NCBI GenBank assembly: GCA_030609765.1
Contig: JAUWTE010000001.1
Coordinates: 1 to 28,430, forward strand
DNA length: 28,430 bases
Reading direction: 5' to 3'
Source of the DNA: Acidobacteriota bacterium
GTDB taxonomy: Bacteria > Acidobacteriota > UBA890
Shown here: piece by piece, positions 1 through 8,715 of the stretch
Position numbering within the stretch: the stretch's first letter is position 1
Layout: the number at the start of each line of letters is the position of its first letter
Position numbers and translations under genes: made by a program
Notes under the pieces: generated by a model
What the model saw: the letters and a program-made list of their open reading frames with translations, nothing else
Databases searched by the model: none
What the model was told of the DNA's origin: nothing

Positions 1-1031
1 ACCTCGAGGAATCGGTTTACGCACACGAGCAGATCATGCGGGAGATCTCTCGGATTCCTGGGGTTACCTCGGTGGGATTGTCGACCTCGATCACCATGGA
101 TAACTGGGACAGCAACGATCCGATCTTCGTGGAGGAATTCCCGACACCAGCCGATCAGATTCCGCCGATCCGCCGCATCAAGTGGATCTCGCCAGGCTAC
201 TTCGAGACCATGGAGAATCCGCTAGTGGCGGGTCGCAACGTCACCTGGGACGGCCTTCGTAACAAGACCTTTGTGGCAATCATCACCGAGAACCTGGCAC
301 GGGAGTATTGGGACAACCCCGCCGACGCCCTCGGCAAACGCATCAAGAACTCGCCTGGTGACCCGTGGCGAGAGATCGTCGGTGTTTCCGGCAACGTCCA
401 TGACGACGGCGTCGACCAAGAGCAGACGCCAGTGGCCTATTGGCCCCTGATGATGGCCGATTTCTGGGAAGAAGACATCTATGCCTGGCGTGTTTTCGCC
501 TACGCCATTCGCAGCCCCAGAGTCGGGCAGGCGGGGTTCCTCGACCAGGTGCGCGAGACCATCTGGGGCGTGAATCCCAACTTGCCGCTGGCCAACGTCC
601 GCACTCTTGAAGAGATCTTTCAGCGCTCGATGGCGCGCACCTCGTTCACCCTGGTCATGCTGAGCATCGCCTCCGGCGTTGCACTTCTGCTGGGTGCTAT
701 CGGCATCTACGGCGTGATCTCGTACTCGGTCTCCCAGCGCACGCGTGAGATCGGGGTACGGATCGCGCTCGGGGCTCGGCAGGAGGACGTCAGCCGGATG
801 GTCGTGAGGCAAGGCGCCATACTGGCAGCTGTGGGGATCGTTATCGGCATCGGCTTTGCCGTTGGCCTCACTCGTCTCGGCAGCGCACTCCTTTTCGGCG
901 TGAGTCCCGCGGATCCGCTGACCTACGTGGTCGTCGCCTTGGCTCTCGGCACGATCGCCCTGCTTGCCTCCTACATCCCGGCTCGCAGGGCAGCGAGAGT
1001 CGATCCGATCGAGGCCCTGCGCTGGGAGTAA
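1..1031 (+). CDS. ABC transporter permease, ADOP (duplicated orphan permease, MacB_PCD/FtsX) family; 5'-truncated by window edge
   Basis: Frame is open from nt 3. Family-typical motifs: EIVGVSGNV, LPLANVRTLEE, LLGAIGIYGVISYSVSQRTREIGVRIALGA, and C-terminal PARRAARVDPIEALRWE. Confidence 0.93.
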   Translation, partial: LEESVYAHEQIMREISRIPGVTSVGLSTSITMDNWDSNDPIFVEEFPTPADQIPPIRRIKWISPGYFETMENPLVAGRNVTWDGLRNKTFVAIITENLAREYWDNPADALGKRIKNSPGDPWREIVGVSGNVHDDGVDQEQTPVAYWPLMMADFWEEDIYAWRVFAYAIRSPRVGQAGFLDQVRETIWGVNPNLPLANVRTLEEIFQRSMARTSFTLVMLSIASGVALLLGAIGIYGVISYSVSQRTREIGVRIALGARQEDVSRMVVRQGAILAAVGIVIGIGFAVGLTRLGSALLFGVSPADPLTYVVVALALGTIALLASYIPARRAARVDPIEALRWE

Positions 1032-1050
1032 CTGTTACCGGCGGAACAGT
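1031..1050 (+). terminator. Possible terminator hairpin after permease
   Basis: ACTGTT (1031-1036) pairs with AACAGT (1045-1050) right at the stop codon. No U-tract. Confidence 0.3.
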
Positions 1051-1125
1051 GTAAGCGCTCTAGGTGCCCGGGCACGCCGCCCAGGCTTTGCGAGCGATTG
1101 AGTCGTTGTTCTACTCTGTCCGCTC

Positions 1126-2355
1126 ATGAAAAGACTTCCCCCCCTCCATTTCGGGCTCTTGCTGTGCGCTTGCCTCGCGCTCGTCGTGGCCGGCAGTGCT
1201 CGGGGTACGCCTGCTGACAGCTCTGCAGCGGCCGGCAGCGCCCAAGGTACCCCTGCCGGTGTTGTTGCGATGGGCGGGCCAGTGCCTACTACAGCGGGGC
1301 GCGGGTCGATCCTTGCCCCGGAGCAGCGATCTGCAGGTGTGCGGGAGCTATTCGGCTTCGAGCTTCACGAGGAGCGGATCTATGTCATGGGACCGCCAGA
1401 GACGCTGGCGCCAGGTGAGATGGCGACGTGGGTCATCCGGTTCGACCGGGTAGAAGGTGAGGGGAAGTCCCTGCGTGCCGTCTTCGGTTTGCAGCACGAG
1501 CGCAAGGCACCCCACTCACGCGACTATCTGCCGCCCTCAGGCAGCTTCCGCATCGGCCAGGTGTACGGCGAGTTGGTGGTCAACGCTTACGGCGTTCCCC
1601 TCGAGCTCAGATACGTCTCGCAGCGCTACGTGCTCGACGATGGCGAAGAGGTGTTCGAGGTCGTCTACGAACTCGAGGGCAAGCGCTACAAGAAGAAGGT
1701 CCGCGTGGACGGTGGCGACTGGGACCTGAAGGTCGACATCACGGAGCACCCTGGGCTCGATCTGAAGATCCCCGAGGGACTGTTCGTGGCTGCGCCGTCC
1801 TCGATTGCCTGCCTGGAATGGGCCATCGTGGGCGAGGCCAACGCCGAGGCCTGCAACGAGCTCAACATCGATCCTACCTTCGCCAACCCCGGGTTCCTGA
1901 GCCTGCTCGTGCCGGCGATCTGGGAGGCCGGTGGCAACAGCGAGATCCTTCTCTTCACGCCAACACGCCCCGATCTGGCCCCTGGCGAGGGTGGCGGTAT
2001 CCCGATCAACATCGTGCCGATCGTGCCTGGAATTCCCGGTTCCTCGGCACTCTCCGGCGGAATTCCTGGTCTCGATTGGGGCCGATTCATGATCGGTGGT
2101 AGCAAGACCGCTGGCGACAAGGACAGGGCCGAGAACCCGGCACGCTATTTCCAGCCCAGCCAGGTGCAGATCCTCGGGCATTCGCGCGTCCAGGTCGGCC
2201 CGCGTACTGTCGAGGCCTTGGAGCTGAAGATGAGCACCTATCCGTACTCGTTCTGGATCGACGATCGGGGGAAGGTCCTTCGCGTGGACATCACCGGCGA
2301 TGTTCCCGAGGAGGAACGACGCTGGCTGCGCCTGCTCTACCCGTCCGAGTATTAG
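1126..2355 (+). CDS. Secreted hypothetical protein (409 aa)
   Basis: N-terminal basic+hydrophobic signal-like segment (MKRLPPLHFGLLLCACLALVVAGSARG), low-complexity linker, GC3-rich codons, fills the space between neighbours. No family recognised with confidence. Confidence 0.75.
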   Translation: MKRLPPLHFGLLLCACLALVVAGSARGTPADSSAAAGSAQGTPAGVVAMGGPVPTTAGRGSILAPEQRSAGVRELFGFELHEERIYVMGPPETLAPGEMATWVIRFDRVEGEGKSLRAVFGLQHERKAPHSRDYLPPSGSFRIGQVYGELVVNAYGVPLELRYVSQRYVLDDGEEVFEVVYELEGKRYKKKVRVDGGDWDLKVDITEHPGLDLKIPEGLFVAAPSSIACLEWAIVGEANAEACNELNIDPTFANPGFLSLLVPAIWEAGGNSEILLFTPTRPDLAPGEGGGIPINIVPIVPGIPGSSALSGGIPGLDWGRFMIGGSKTAGDKDRAENPARYFQPSQVQILGHSRVQVGPRTVEALELKMSTYPYSFWIDDRGKVLRVDITGDVPEEERRWLRLLYPSEY

Positions 2356-2418
2356 CCCGCGGCGCTGAACCTGGTTTGTCGACACGTTCGAACCGCATGA
2401 CAGCGTCGCCGGGCGGGC

Positions 2419-3060
2419 TCAGGAATACTCGATATCGACGATCTCGAGGGTTTGCTCGCCTTTGGGCAAGCGCAGAATCACCTCGTCGCCGACCTCGTGT
2501 CCGATGAGCGTCTTGGCGATGGGTGAAATCCAGCTCACGCGGCCGATCGCAGGTTCAGCCTCATCCACGCCGCAGATCATGTAGGTCCGCTCATCCCCAT
2601 CTTCGTTGATCACGGTGACGCGGGCGCCGAAGCGCACCTGATCGGTCGATTGTCCCGCCGGATCGACCACCTGGAATCGCCCCACGTGGTCCTCGAGGAA
2701 GGGGATGCGAGCATTGATTTCCCGCAACCGTCGCCGCGCCGTCGCCTGAGCTTCCTTGTCACGCGCTCCATCGGCCCCACCAGTTCGTCCGACCTGACCT
2801 TCGAGTTGTGGCTTCTCGACCTCGATCAGTCGGCGCAGTTCCTCTCGCACACGCCGAGCGCCGTCCGGGGTGACGTAATTGGGGGTACCAGGCGGCAGAC
2901 CCGCACGCGGCTCCGCGACCGGCTCCCCCACGTCGGCGGAGTCGGATTCCTTGGGGAATGCCTTGTGCTTTGGCTCACACTCGTCACTGGCGCGTCGGTC
3001 GGGCGCGACGCGGCGGCAGATGCCGCGAAGCGCCGACAGCAGCAGAGTACTACGGCGCAC
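2419..3060 (-). CDS. GreA/GreB-family transcription elongation factor-like protein (start uncertain)
   Basis: PNYVTPDGARRVREEL, RRRLREINARIPFL, QVRFGARVTV, YMICGVDEA, ISWISPIAKTLIGHEVGDEV match Gre N- and C-terminal domains. Confidence 0.88.
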   Translation of the reverse strand: MRRSTLLLSALRGICRRVAPDRRASDECEPKHKAFPKESDSADVGEPVAEPRAGLPPGTPNYVTPDGARRVREELRRLIEVEKPQLEGQVGRTGGADGARDKEAQATARRRLREINARIPFLEDHVGRFQVVDPAGQSTDQVRFGARVTVINEDGDERTYMICGVDEAEPAIGRVSWISPIAKTLIGHEVGDEVILRLPKGEQTLEIVDIEYS

Positions 3061-3156
3061 TCATCGCTTTCTCGGATAGTCATGGCTCACCGATCGTTAG
3101 CAGATGTAAGATTCGCCGCATCAGTTGCTGATTTGCCTGCTAGGAAAGGAATGCCG

Positions 3157-6036
3157 ATGCGTCGATCTCTCTTCTCGGCCGGCATCCTGTTGCTCGTCTT
3201 CGTGGGCGCATCGGTGGGGAGCCGGCAGGCAGGTTTGTGGCGGGCGATGCCGGCCAGCCAGATCGCGGAGGGGGCGATACCTGGCGGGTTCGCGGAGGGA
3301 GCGGTACCTGAAGGACTGGGCGCGGGTCGAGTGATCTTCGAGCCGAACCGAGGGCAGACGGCGGCAGGCACCGAGTTTCTCTCGCGTGGCAGGGGCTACA
3401 CGCTCCATCTGCGCCCGGGTGAGGCAGCTCTGGCACTGCGTCCCGCGCCTGCGGAGGTCCCGCAGCCCTCGAAGGCGTCGCGGGAACTGTTCATGCGGCT
3501 GGCCGGGGGCAACCTTGATGCCGAGATCGTGGGCGTCCAGCCGCTGGTGGGCCACAGCAACTACATCCTGGGCTCTGATCCAGAAGGCTGGATCTCCCGT
3601 GTGCCACATTTCGCCGCCGTCAGGTACCGGGACGCCTACCCCGGCATCGACCTGGTCTTTTACGGCAGCGGCGGCCAGCTCGAGTACGACTTCATCATCG
3701 GGGCGCGGAGAGATCCGGCCGCGATTCGGTTCGATCTCGTGGGCGCGGAGAATACCTTCATCGATGCGGAGGGGAATCTGGTTCTGCAGATCGGCGGGCA
3801 CGAGATCGTTCAGAGCGCTCCCCGTACCTACCAAGTCCTGGGCCCGGAGCTCCATGCCCACCAGGTCGCGGGTGGGTCGCCCCGTCTTCAGCAAGTCTTG
3901 GGCCTAGGCCTGGGCTTGAACCGGAATGGGCTTGCCTCGGTTGACGCGGGGACGAGCGAGGTCGAAGCGCGTTTCGTCATCTACTCAAACGAGGAGTCGG
4001 GACCATCCATTGGCTTCGAGGTCGGTGCCTACGATGCCGGCCTTCCACTCGTCATTGATCCCGCCGTGGGCTTCTCGACATTCCTGGGGGGGAGCGATGC
4101 GGAGGAGATGCCCCACATCGCCGTCGATCGACAGGCCAACGTTTACGTTGCCGGCACGACAGCCTCCATCGATTTCCCGCGCGTACGTGCCGCCAGCGGG
4201 GCAGGAGTTACCCACGAGGCAGGAGGCGCGGCCGAAGGGGGAGGGGGCGCAGCAGGGTCGGGCGGCCCTGCCGGGTCCGGTCATGGCGAAGGTCCAGCCG
4301 GTGGCCCGAATGCGTTCGTCACCAAGCTCAGCGCCGATGGCTCCACCATCCTCTACTCGACTTACTTCGGTGGCAGCGGCGACGACCGGGCCAACGGCAT
4401 CGTCGTCGACAGCGAGGGCAACGCCTACGTGACGGGGCAGACCGATTCGCCCGACTTCCCCACGCGTCGCCCGCTGCAGGCCGAGCTGAGCGGCCCCACC
4501 GATGCTTTCGTGGCGAAGCTGAGCGCCGACGGTGCCGGCCTCATCTATTCAAGCTACTTCGGCGGCAGCGGCACCGAGGCCGGCATGGGCCTCGCAATCG
4601 ACCCGCAAGGCAGCATCTATCTGACGGGCCAGACCTCTTCGGTAGATTTCTCCACCATGGGTGCCGTACAAGGTTCACTCGGTGGGGCCAGTGATGGGTT
4701 TGCCAGCAAGATCAGTCCGGCGGGAGATGCGCTCATCTATTCCACGTACCTCGGCGGTGCGGTCGCTAACGATGGAGGCCTGAGCATCGCTGTCGATGAT
4801 GCGGGCAGTGCCTACGTGACAGGTATCACCGAGTCCGAAGACTTCCCTCTGGTGAATGCTCTCCAGACTGACTTCGGCGGTGGCGGCACGGACGCCTTCG
4901 TCAGCAAGCTCGATGAGTCGGGGGCGGTCTTGAGTTACTCGACCTATCTTGGTGGCAGCGGTGCCGAGGCAGGGCTGAGCAGTGCCGTTGATAGCGCAGG
5001 TCAGGCCTACGTGGCGGGCCAGACCACCTCGGCCGATTTCCCCACCCACAGGTCTCTGCAGACCGTCTTGGTGGCGGGCCCCGATGCCTTCCTCTCCAAG
5101 TTGGCGGCGACGGGCGAGGGCCTGGTCTATTCCACCTACCTGGGTGGTAGTGGCGCGGACGTGGCGGCTGGGGTGGCAGTGGATCAGTCGAGCAACGTGC
5201 ATCTTGTGGGCATGACGAGCTCGGCGGATTTTCCGCTGGCCGATGCGCTGCAGCCGCAGCTCGGTGGTGGCGCCGACGCTTTCGTCCTGCGTCTGGACGA
5301 TCTCGGCTCGGAGCTTTCCTACTCGACGTATCTCGGTGGTGCTGGCAACGACGCCGGAGTGGGTGTCGCCCTCGACGGTGCCGGCAACGCCCTGGTGGCC
5401 GGCCAGACCGGCTCCCCCGACTTTCCGCTGTTGAACGCGACTCAGGGAGCCCACGGCGGCGTCCAAGACGCCTTCGTTGCAAGGTTCTGCCTGGCCCTCA
5501 TCTTCGAAAGGAACGAGACGTTCCCTTCGGTCGGCGGCAGGGGGGACATCACCGTGACGGCCCCAGAAGGATGTGTTTGGCCGGCTGTGAGCGAGGTGGA
5601 GTGGATCTCCGTGACCTCGGGAAGCACGGGCGTCGGCAGCGACATGGTTGTGCTCGAGGTGGCGGCCAATGGTACGGGCGGGCCGCGGGCAGGCTCCGTC
5701 CGGGTGGCGGGCAAGACGGTACTTCTGCAACAGGCCGAGGCGCGCGAATGTCTCTACCGTCTGACCGACAACTCCGAGAGCTTCTACAGCCAAGGCGGCG
5801 TGGGCAGGGTGAGGGTGTTCACCTCCGATGATTGTGCCTGGACGGCGGTGAGTACGGTGTCCTGGATCAGCATCAACTCGGGAGACAGCGGAGTCGGAGA
5901 GGAGACCGTCAGCTATTCAGTCCAAGCCAATCGCACCGGCCGCCAACGCGCCGGCACGCTGATCATCGCCGGCCAGGTCTTCACCGTCTTTGACTGGCTA
6001 CGCGACGAGCCTCAGAAGAAGCGTTCCGCCAGGTAG
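3157..6036 (+). CDS. Secreted SBBP-repeat beta-propeller protein with N-terminal FEPNRGQ domain and two C-terminal BACON-like Ig domains
   Basis: SD AGGAAAGGA at 3142-3150, ATG at 3157 (or 3151), signal peptide. FEPNRGQ, NYILG, YPGIDLVFY, LEYDF and LVIDP motifs. Seven GxTxSxDF[PS] repeats. Two CxWxAVSxVxWIS BACON-like repeats. Confidence 0.88.
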   Translation: MRRSLFSAGILLLVFVGASVGSRQAGLWRAMPASQIAEGAIPGGFAEGAVPEGLGAGRVIFEPNRGQTAAGTEFLSRGRGYTLHLRPGEAALALRPAPAEVPQPSKASRELFMRLAGGNLDAEIVGVQPLVGHSNYILGSDPEGWISRVPHFAAVRYRDAYPGIDLVFYGSGGQLEYDFIIGARRDPAAIRFDLVGAENTFIDAEGNLVLQIGGHEIVQSAPRTYQVLGPELHAHQVAGGSPRLQQVLGLGLGLNRNGLASVDAGTSEVEARFVIYSNEESGPSIGFEVGAYDAGLPLVIDPAVGFSTFLGGSDAEEMPHIAVDRQANVYVAGTTASIDFPRVRAASGAGVTHEAGGAAEGGGGAAGSGGPAGSGHGEGPAGGPNAFVTKLSADGSTILYSTYFGGSGDDRANGIVVDSEGNAYVTGQTDSPDFPTRRPLQAELSGPTDAFVAKLSADGAGLIYSSYFGGSGTEAGMGLAIDPQGSIYLTGQTSSVDFSTMGAVQGSLGGASDGFASKISPAGDALIYSTYLGGAVANDGGLSIAVDDAGSAYVTGITESEDFPLVNALQTDFGGGGTDAFVSKLDESGAVLSYSTYLGGSGAEAGLSSAVDSAGQAYVAGQTTSADFPTHRSLQTVLVAGPDAFLSKLAATGEGLVYSTYLGGSGADVAAGVAVDQSSNVHLVGMTSSADFPLADALQPQLGGGADAFVLRLDDLGSELSYSTYLGGAGNDAGVGVALDGAGNALVAGQTGSPDFPLLNATQGAHGGVQDAFVARFCLALIFERNETFPSVGGRGDITVTAPEGCVWPAVSEVEWISVTSGSTGVGSDMVVLEVAANGTGGPRAGSVRVAGKTVLLQQAEARECLYRLTDNSESFYSQGGVGRVRVFTSDDCAWTAVSTVSWISINSGDSGVGEETVSYSVQANRTGRQRAGTLIIAGQVFTVFDWLRDEPQKKRSAR

Positions 6037-6956
6037 CGGGTGAAGGCTTCCGCACCGGGCCCGTTCAGGTGCTCGCTGTTGCTGAAGAGCTCGAGGCTTT
6101 CGAAGTAGAGGGCGTGTGCGTCGAGGAAGGTAGCGTTCGGGGTGCCCTCGATGAGCTCGAGCATGGGTTCATAGAAGGCGTCGACGTCACCGATGTATGC
6201 GCTCGCCGCGGCGTTGTATTGGGGAGAGACCGGGAAGCGGACGAACACCAGCGTGATGTCGTTGTCCGCGGCCAACTCCAGCAGCCGCGCGAACGATTCC
6301 AGCAGGAGAGGCTCTCGGACCGTCGCATCGCCCAGGTGCTCGGCTGCCTGACGCTCGGCAATCTCGGCCTTGTCGGGGAGTTGGCCGAAGTCGCCACGCA
6401 GAACCTGGAAGCCTCGAATCAGCTCGCTGTGACGCCAGTTCACTCGCACGAACTCGAGGCCGTTCCCGAGGACGGGCAGCAGAGCTGTGATCCGCAGTGC
6501 CAGCGGCGATACCTCGGGGATGGAGCGCCGGATCTCGCCGGAGAAGTCATATCGGCTCCAGTACCAGTAGTAGGCCTCCTGGTCGGTGCGAGTGGACGAG
6601 AATGAATGCAAATCGAGCGGCAACACGACGGCCTGGATATCGAGATCCTCCCGCTCGAGAAGATGCCGGAGCTTCCAGTATGTCTGCAGGTAATTTTCGC
6701 CCGGTGAGGCGAAGTTGAAGGACTCAGGAATAACGCGCGGGTCGAGGCCGTCCTTGACGTGCGAGTCCCCCATGAAAAGTAGGCGAACGTCCGGGACCTG
6801 CTGCGAAAACTGCTGTTCTGTGAGCTCGAATACCGACTGCGGCGCGACGATAGCCAAGTAGGCCGCATTGGCGACAAGAAGCAGGGCCGCGACGACGAGC
6901 GCGAAAAAGAGCCCGCGTCGCAGGAACCTCGTTCCATCCTGGGAGAGTCGGCTCAT
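6012..6956 (-). CDS. SGNH-like periplasmic acyltransferase/esterase partner of MBOAT (AlgJ/DltD-like)
   Basis: N-terminal TM anchor, GDSH block I, NFASPGE, late SEHLNGPGA His motif. ATG overlaps the MBOAT stop (TGATG at 6954-6958). Confidence 0.75.
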   Translation of the reverse strand: MSRLSQDGTRFLRRGLFFALVVAALLLVANAAYLAIVAPQSVFELTEQQFSQQVPDVRLLFMGDSHVKDGLDPRVIPESFNFASPGENYLQTYWKLRHLLEREDLDIQAVVLPLDLHSFSSTRTDQEAYYWYWSRYDFSGEIRRSIPEVSPLALRITALLPVLGNGLEFVRVNWRHSELIRGFQVLRGDFGQLPDKAEIAERQAAEHLGDATVREPLLLESFARLLELAADNDITLVFVRFPVSPQYNAAASAYIGDVDAFYEPMLELIEGTPNATFLDAHALYFESLELFSNSEHLNGPGAEAFTRYLAERFF

Positions 6957-8398
6957 CAGAATTGGAAGTAGATGAACTGGGTTTCCTCGAAGATGCCAAA
7001 CAGCAGAATCACGAGGGCGATTGTCACGTATACCGGCCAGCGAACGAGTCCCGGCTTGTCGTCGAGGAAGTGGCGCATTTGGCTGCTTTCCTCGAATAAG
7101 TGCACGAGCTCCATGAACGCTATTGCCAGCACGACCAGCACAAAATTGTCAGGTCCTCCGATGCTGAAGCCGTAGGGCCCCTGGCCAAGGCCCCGGAACA
7201 TATGTGTGACTACATACCAGGCCTCGGGTAACGAGGGGGCGCGAAAGAAGATCCAGGCGAAGGCGGCCAGGTGAAAGGTGAAAAGGACGCGTAAGACAGT
7301 GTGCACGCGGGGTACCTTCGACAGTCGCAGAAGCTCGACGGTTCTGTGCCGAAGTCCGGAGGTCAGATGCGAGATGAGGACGTAGGCACCGTGCAGGGCG
7401 CCCCAAACCAGGAAGGTCCAGTTGGCGCCGTGCCAGAGCCCGCTGATGATGAAGGTGATCATCAGGTTGAAAGCCCACCGTCCGGCCTGCACCCGGTTCC
7501 CACCCAGGGGAATGTAGAGGTAGTCGCGGAACCACGTCGAGAGCGAAATGTGCCAGCGCGTCCAGAACTCGCGGACCGACTGCGACAAGTACGGCCTGCG
7601 GAAGTTGTCCATCAGGTCGAACCCGAGGATCTTGGCCGTGCCGATGGCGATGAAGGAATAGCCGGCGAAGTCGCAGTAGATCTGAAAGCTGAACAGGTAG
7701 GTCGCTACCAGAAGGGGCATGCCCGTGTAGGAGCTCAGGTTGCCGTAGACCTGGTCGACGACGATGGCCGCCCGGTCAGCGATCACCATCTTGAGGAAGT
7801 ACCCCCACAGCATCAACTTCAGGCCAGCGGCCACAGCTCGGGGGTCAAAACGGTGTTCGTCGAAGAACTGCGGTAGCAGGTGGCCGGCCCGCTCGATCGG
7901 CCCGGCAACCAACTGGGGGAAGAAGGCAACGTAGACGGCGAAGATCCCCAGGTGCTTCTCCGGCTCGATCCGCCCCCGATAGACGTCGATCGTGTAGCTG
8001 AGAGTCTGGAACGTGTAGAAGGAGATGCCGACCGGCAACAGCACATTCAGCACGGGGAGCTCGACGGGCAGGGAGATGGCGTCGAAGAAAACCTGCACGC
8101 TGGCGCTGAAAAAGTTGAAGTACTTGAAAGCGAACAACAGGCCGAGGTTGGACACGAGGCTGAGAACGAGATACTTGCGCCTCTGGCTACGTTCCTTCAG
8201 TAGCCCCATACGGCGCCCGGCCACGTAGTCGACCGCCGTCGAGATCATGATCAGAACGACGTATTCCGGCTTCCAGCTCATGTAGAAGTAGTAGCTGGCA
8301 GCCAACAGGAGGACCCATCGGCGTCGCTGGGGTAGGCCGTAGTAGAGGGCTACCACGATGGGGAAGAAGATCAGGAACTGGAGCGAGTTGAACAGCAC
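6956..8398 (-). CDS. MBOAT family O-acyltransferase (AlgI/PatA/DltB-like)
   Basis: LPVGISFYTFQ, FFPQLVAGPIER, DFAGYS, NFRRPYLS, EFWTRWHISLSTWFRDYLYIPLGG, SGLWHGA (catalytic His). GTG start. Confidence 0.95.
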   Translation of the reverse strand: MLFNSLQFLIFFPIVVALYYGLPQRRRWVLLLAASYYFYMSWKPEYVVLIMISTAVDYVAGRRMGLLKERSQRRKYLVLSLVSNLGLLFAFKYFNFFSASVQVFFDAISLPVELPVLNVLLPVGISFYTFQTLSYTIDVYRGRIEPEKHLGIFAVYVAFFPQLVAGPIERAGHLLPQFFDEHRFDPRAVAAGLKLMLWGYFLKMVIADRAAIVVDQVYGNLSSYTGMPLLVATYLFSFQIYCDFAGYSFIAIGTAKILGFDLMDNFRRPYLSQSVREFWTRWHISLSTWFRDYLYIPLGGNRVQAGRWAFNLMITFIISGLWHGANWTFLVWGALHGAYVLISHLTSGLRHRTVELLRLSKVPRVHTVLRVLFTFHLAAFAWIFFRAPSLPEAWYVVTHMFRGLGQGPYGFSIGGPDNFVLVVLAIAFMELVHLFEESSQMRHFLDDKPGLVRWPVYVTIALVILLFGIFEETQFIYFQF

Positions 8399-8626
8399 TA
8401 GCAGGCCGTGGTGAAAGTGTGATGGGTCTGGTTACACCGCCAAGGGCGCATCTGCTGCGTTGCATCGGCGCAGCGTGTTGCCGTGATCGCGGGCGGTTTT
8501 CGGTTCGACGAGCCCAAAAGCGCGTGTCAAAGGTCCTCGGCGCAGGACAGTAGCATCCCGACAAGGGAGCGGGGTAGCGTGCCATTGTGCTTGTGAGGCC
8601 GCGATCCGTTGAGAAGTTCGGGCTGA
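8398..8626 (+). repeat. Palindromic intergenic element A (REP/MITE-like), related to element B
   Basis: Begins CTAGCAGGCCGT. Internal inverted repeats GCTGCG/CGCAGC (8454-8459/8469-8474) and GATCGCGG/CCGCGATC (8485-8492/8599-8606). Shares CTGCGTTGCA (10/10) and CCGTTGAGAARTYCGGGCT (17/19) with the reverse complement of 14211-14386. Confidence 0.6.
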
Positions 8627-8715
8627 ATACCGGAGCTGGATACTGGACATGAGATCCGCTCCGATGATGAAGTAGCGCGCAGGAAGCCGATTCGCAACAA
8701 ACAAGGAGCCGTGAA

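Noticed and set aside
1064-1075. 12-bp perfect palindrome GTGCCCGGGCAC
   Set aside because: Single GC-rich copy, plausible by chance, with no second instance seen.
2650-3156. N-terminal extension of the 1128-aa ORF; likewise extensions at 9275, 15688, 18250 and 27781
   Set aside because: They overlap neighbouring genes or lack SDs. Downstream starts have SDs and/or signal peptides or family-typical N-termini.
4080-5480. Periodic DNA similarity as CRISPR or tandem repeat
   Set aside because: Explained by seven in-frame, degenerate SBBP protein repeats. No identical repeat-spacer array.
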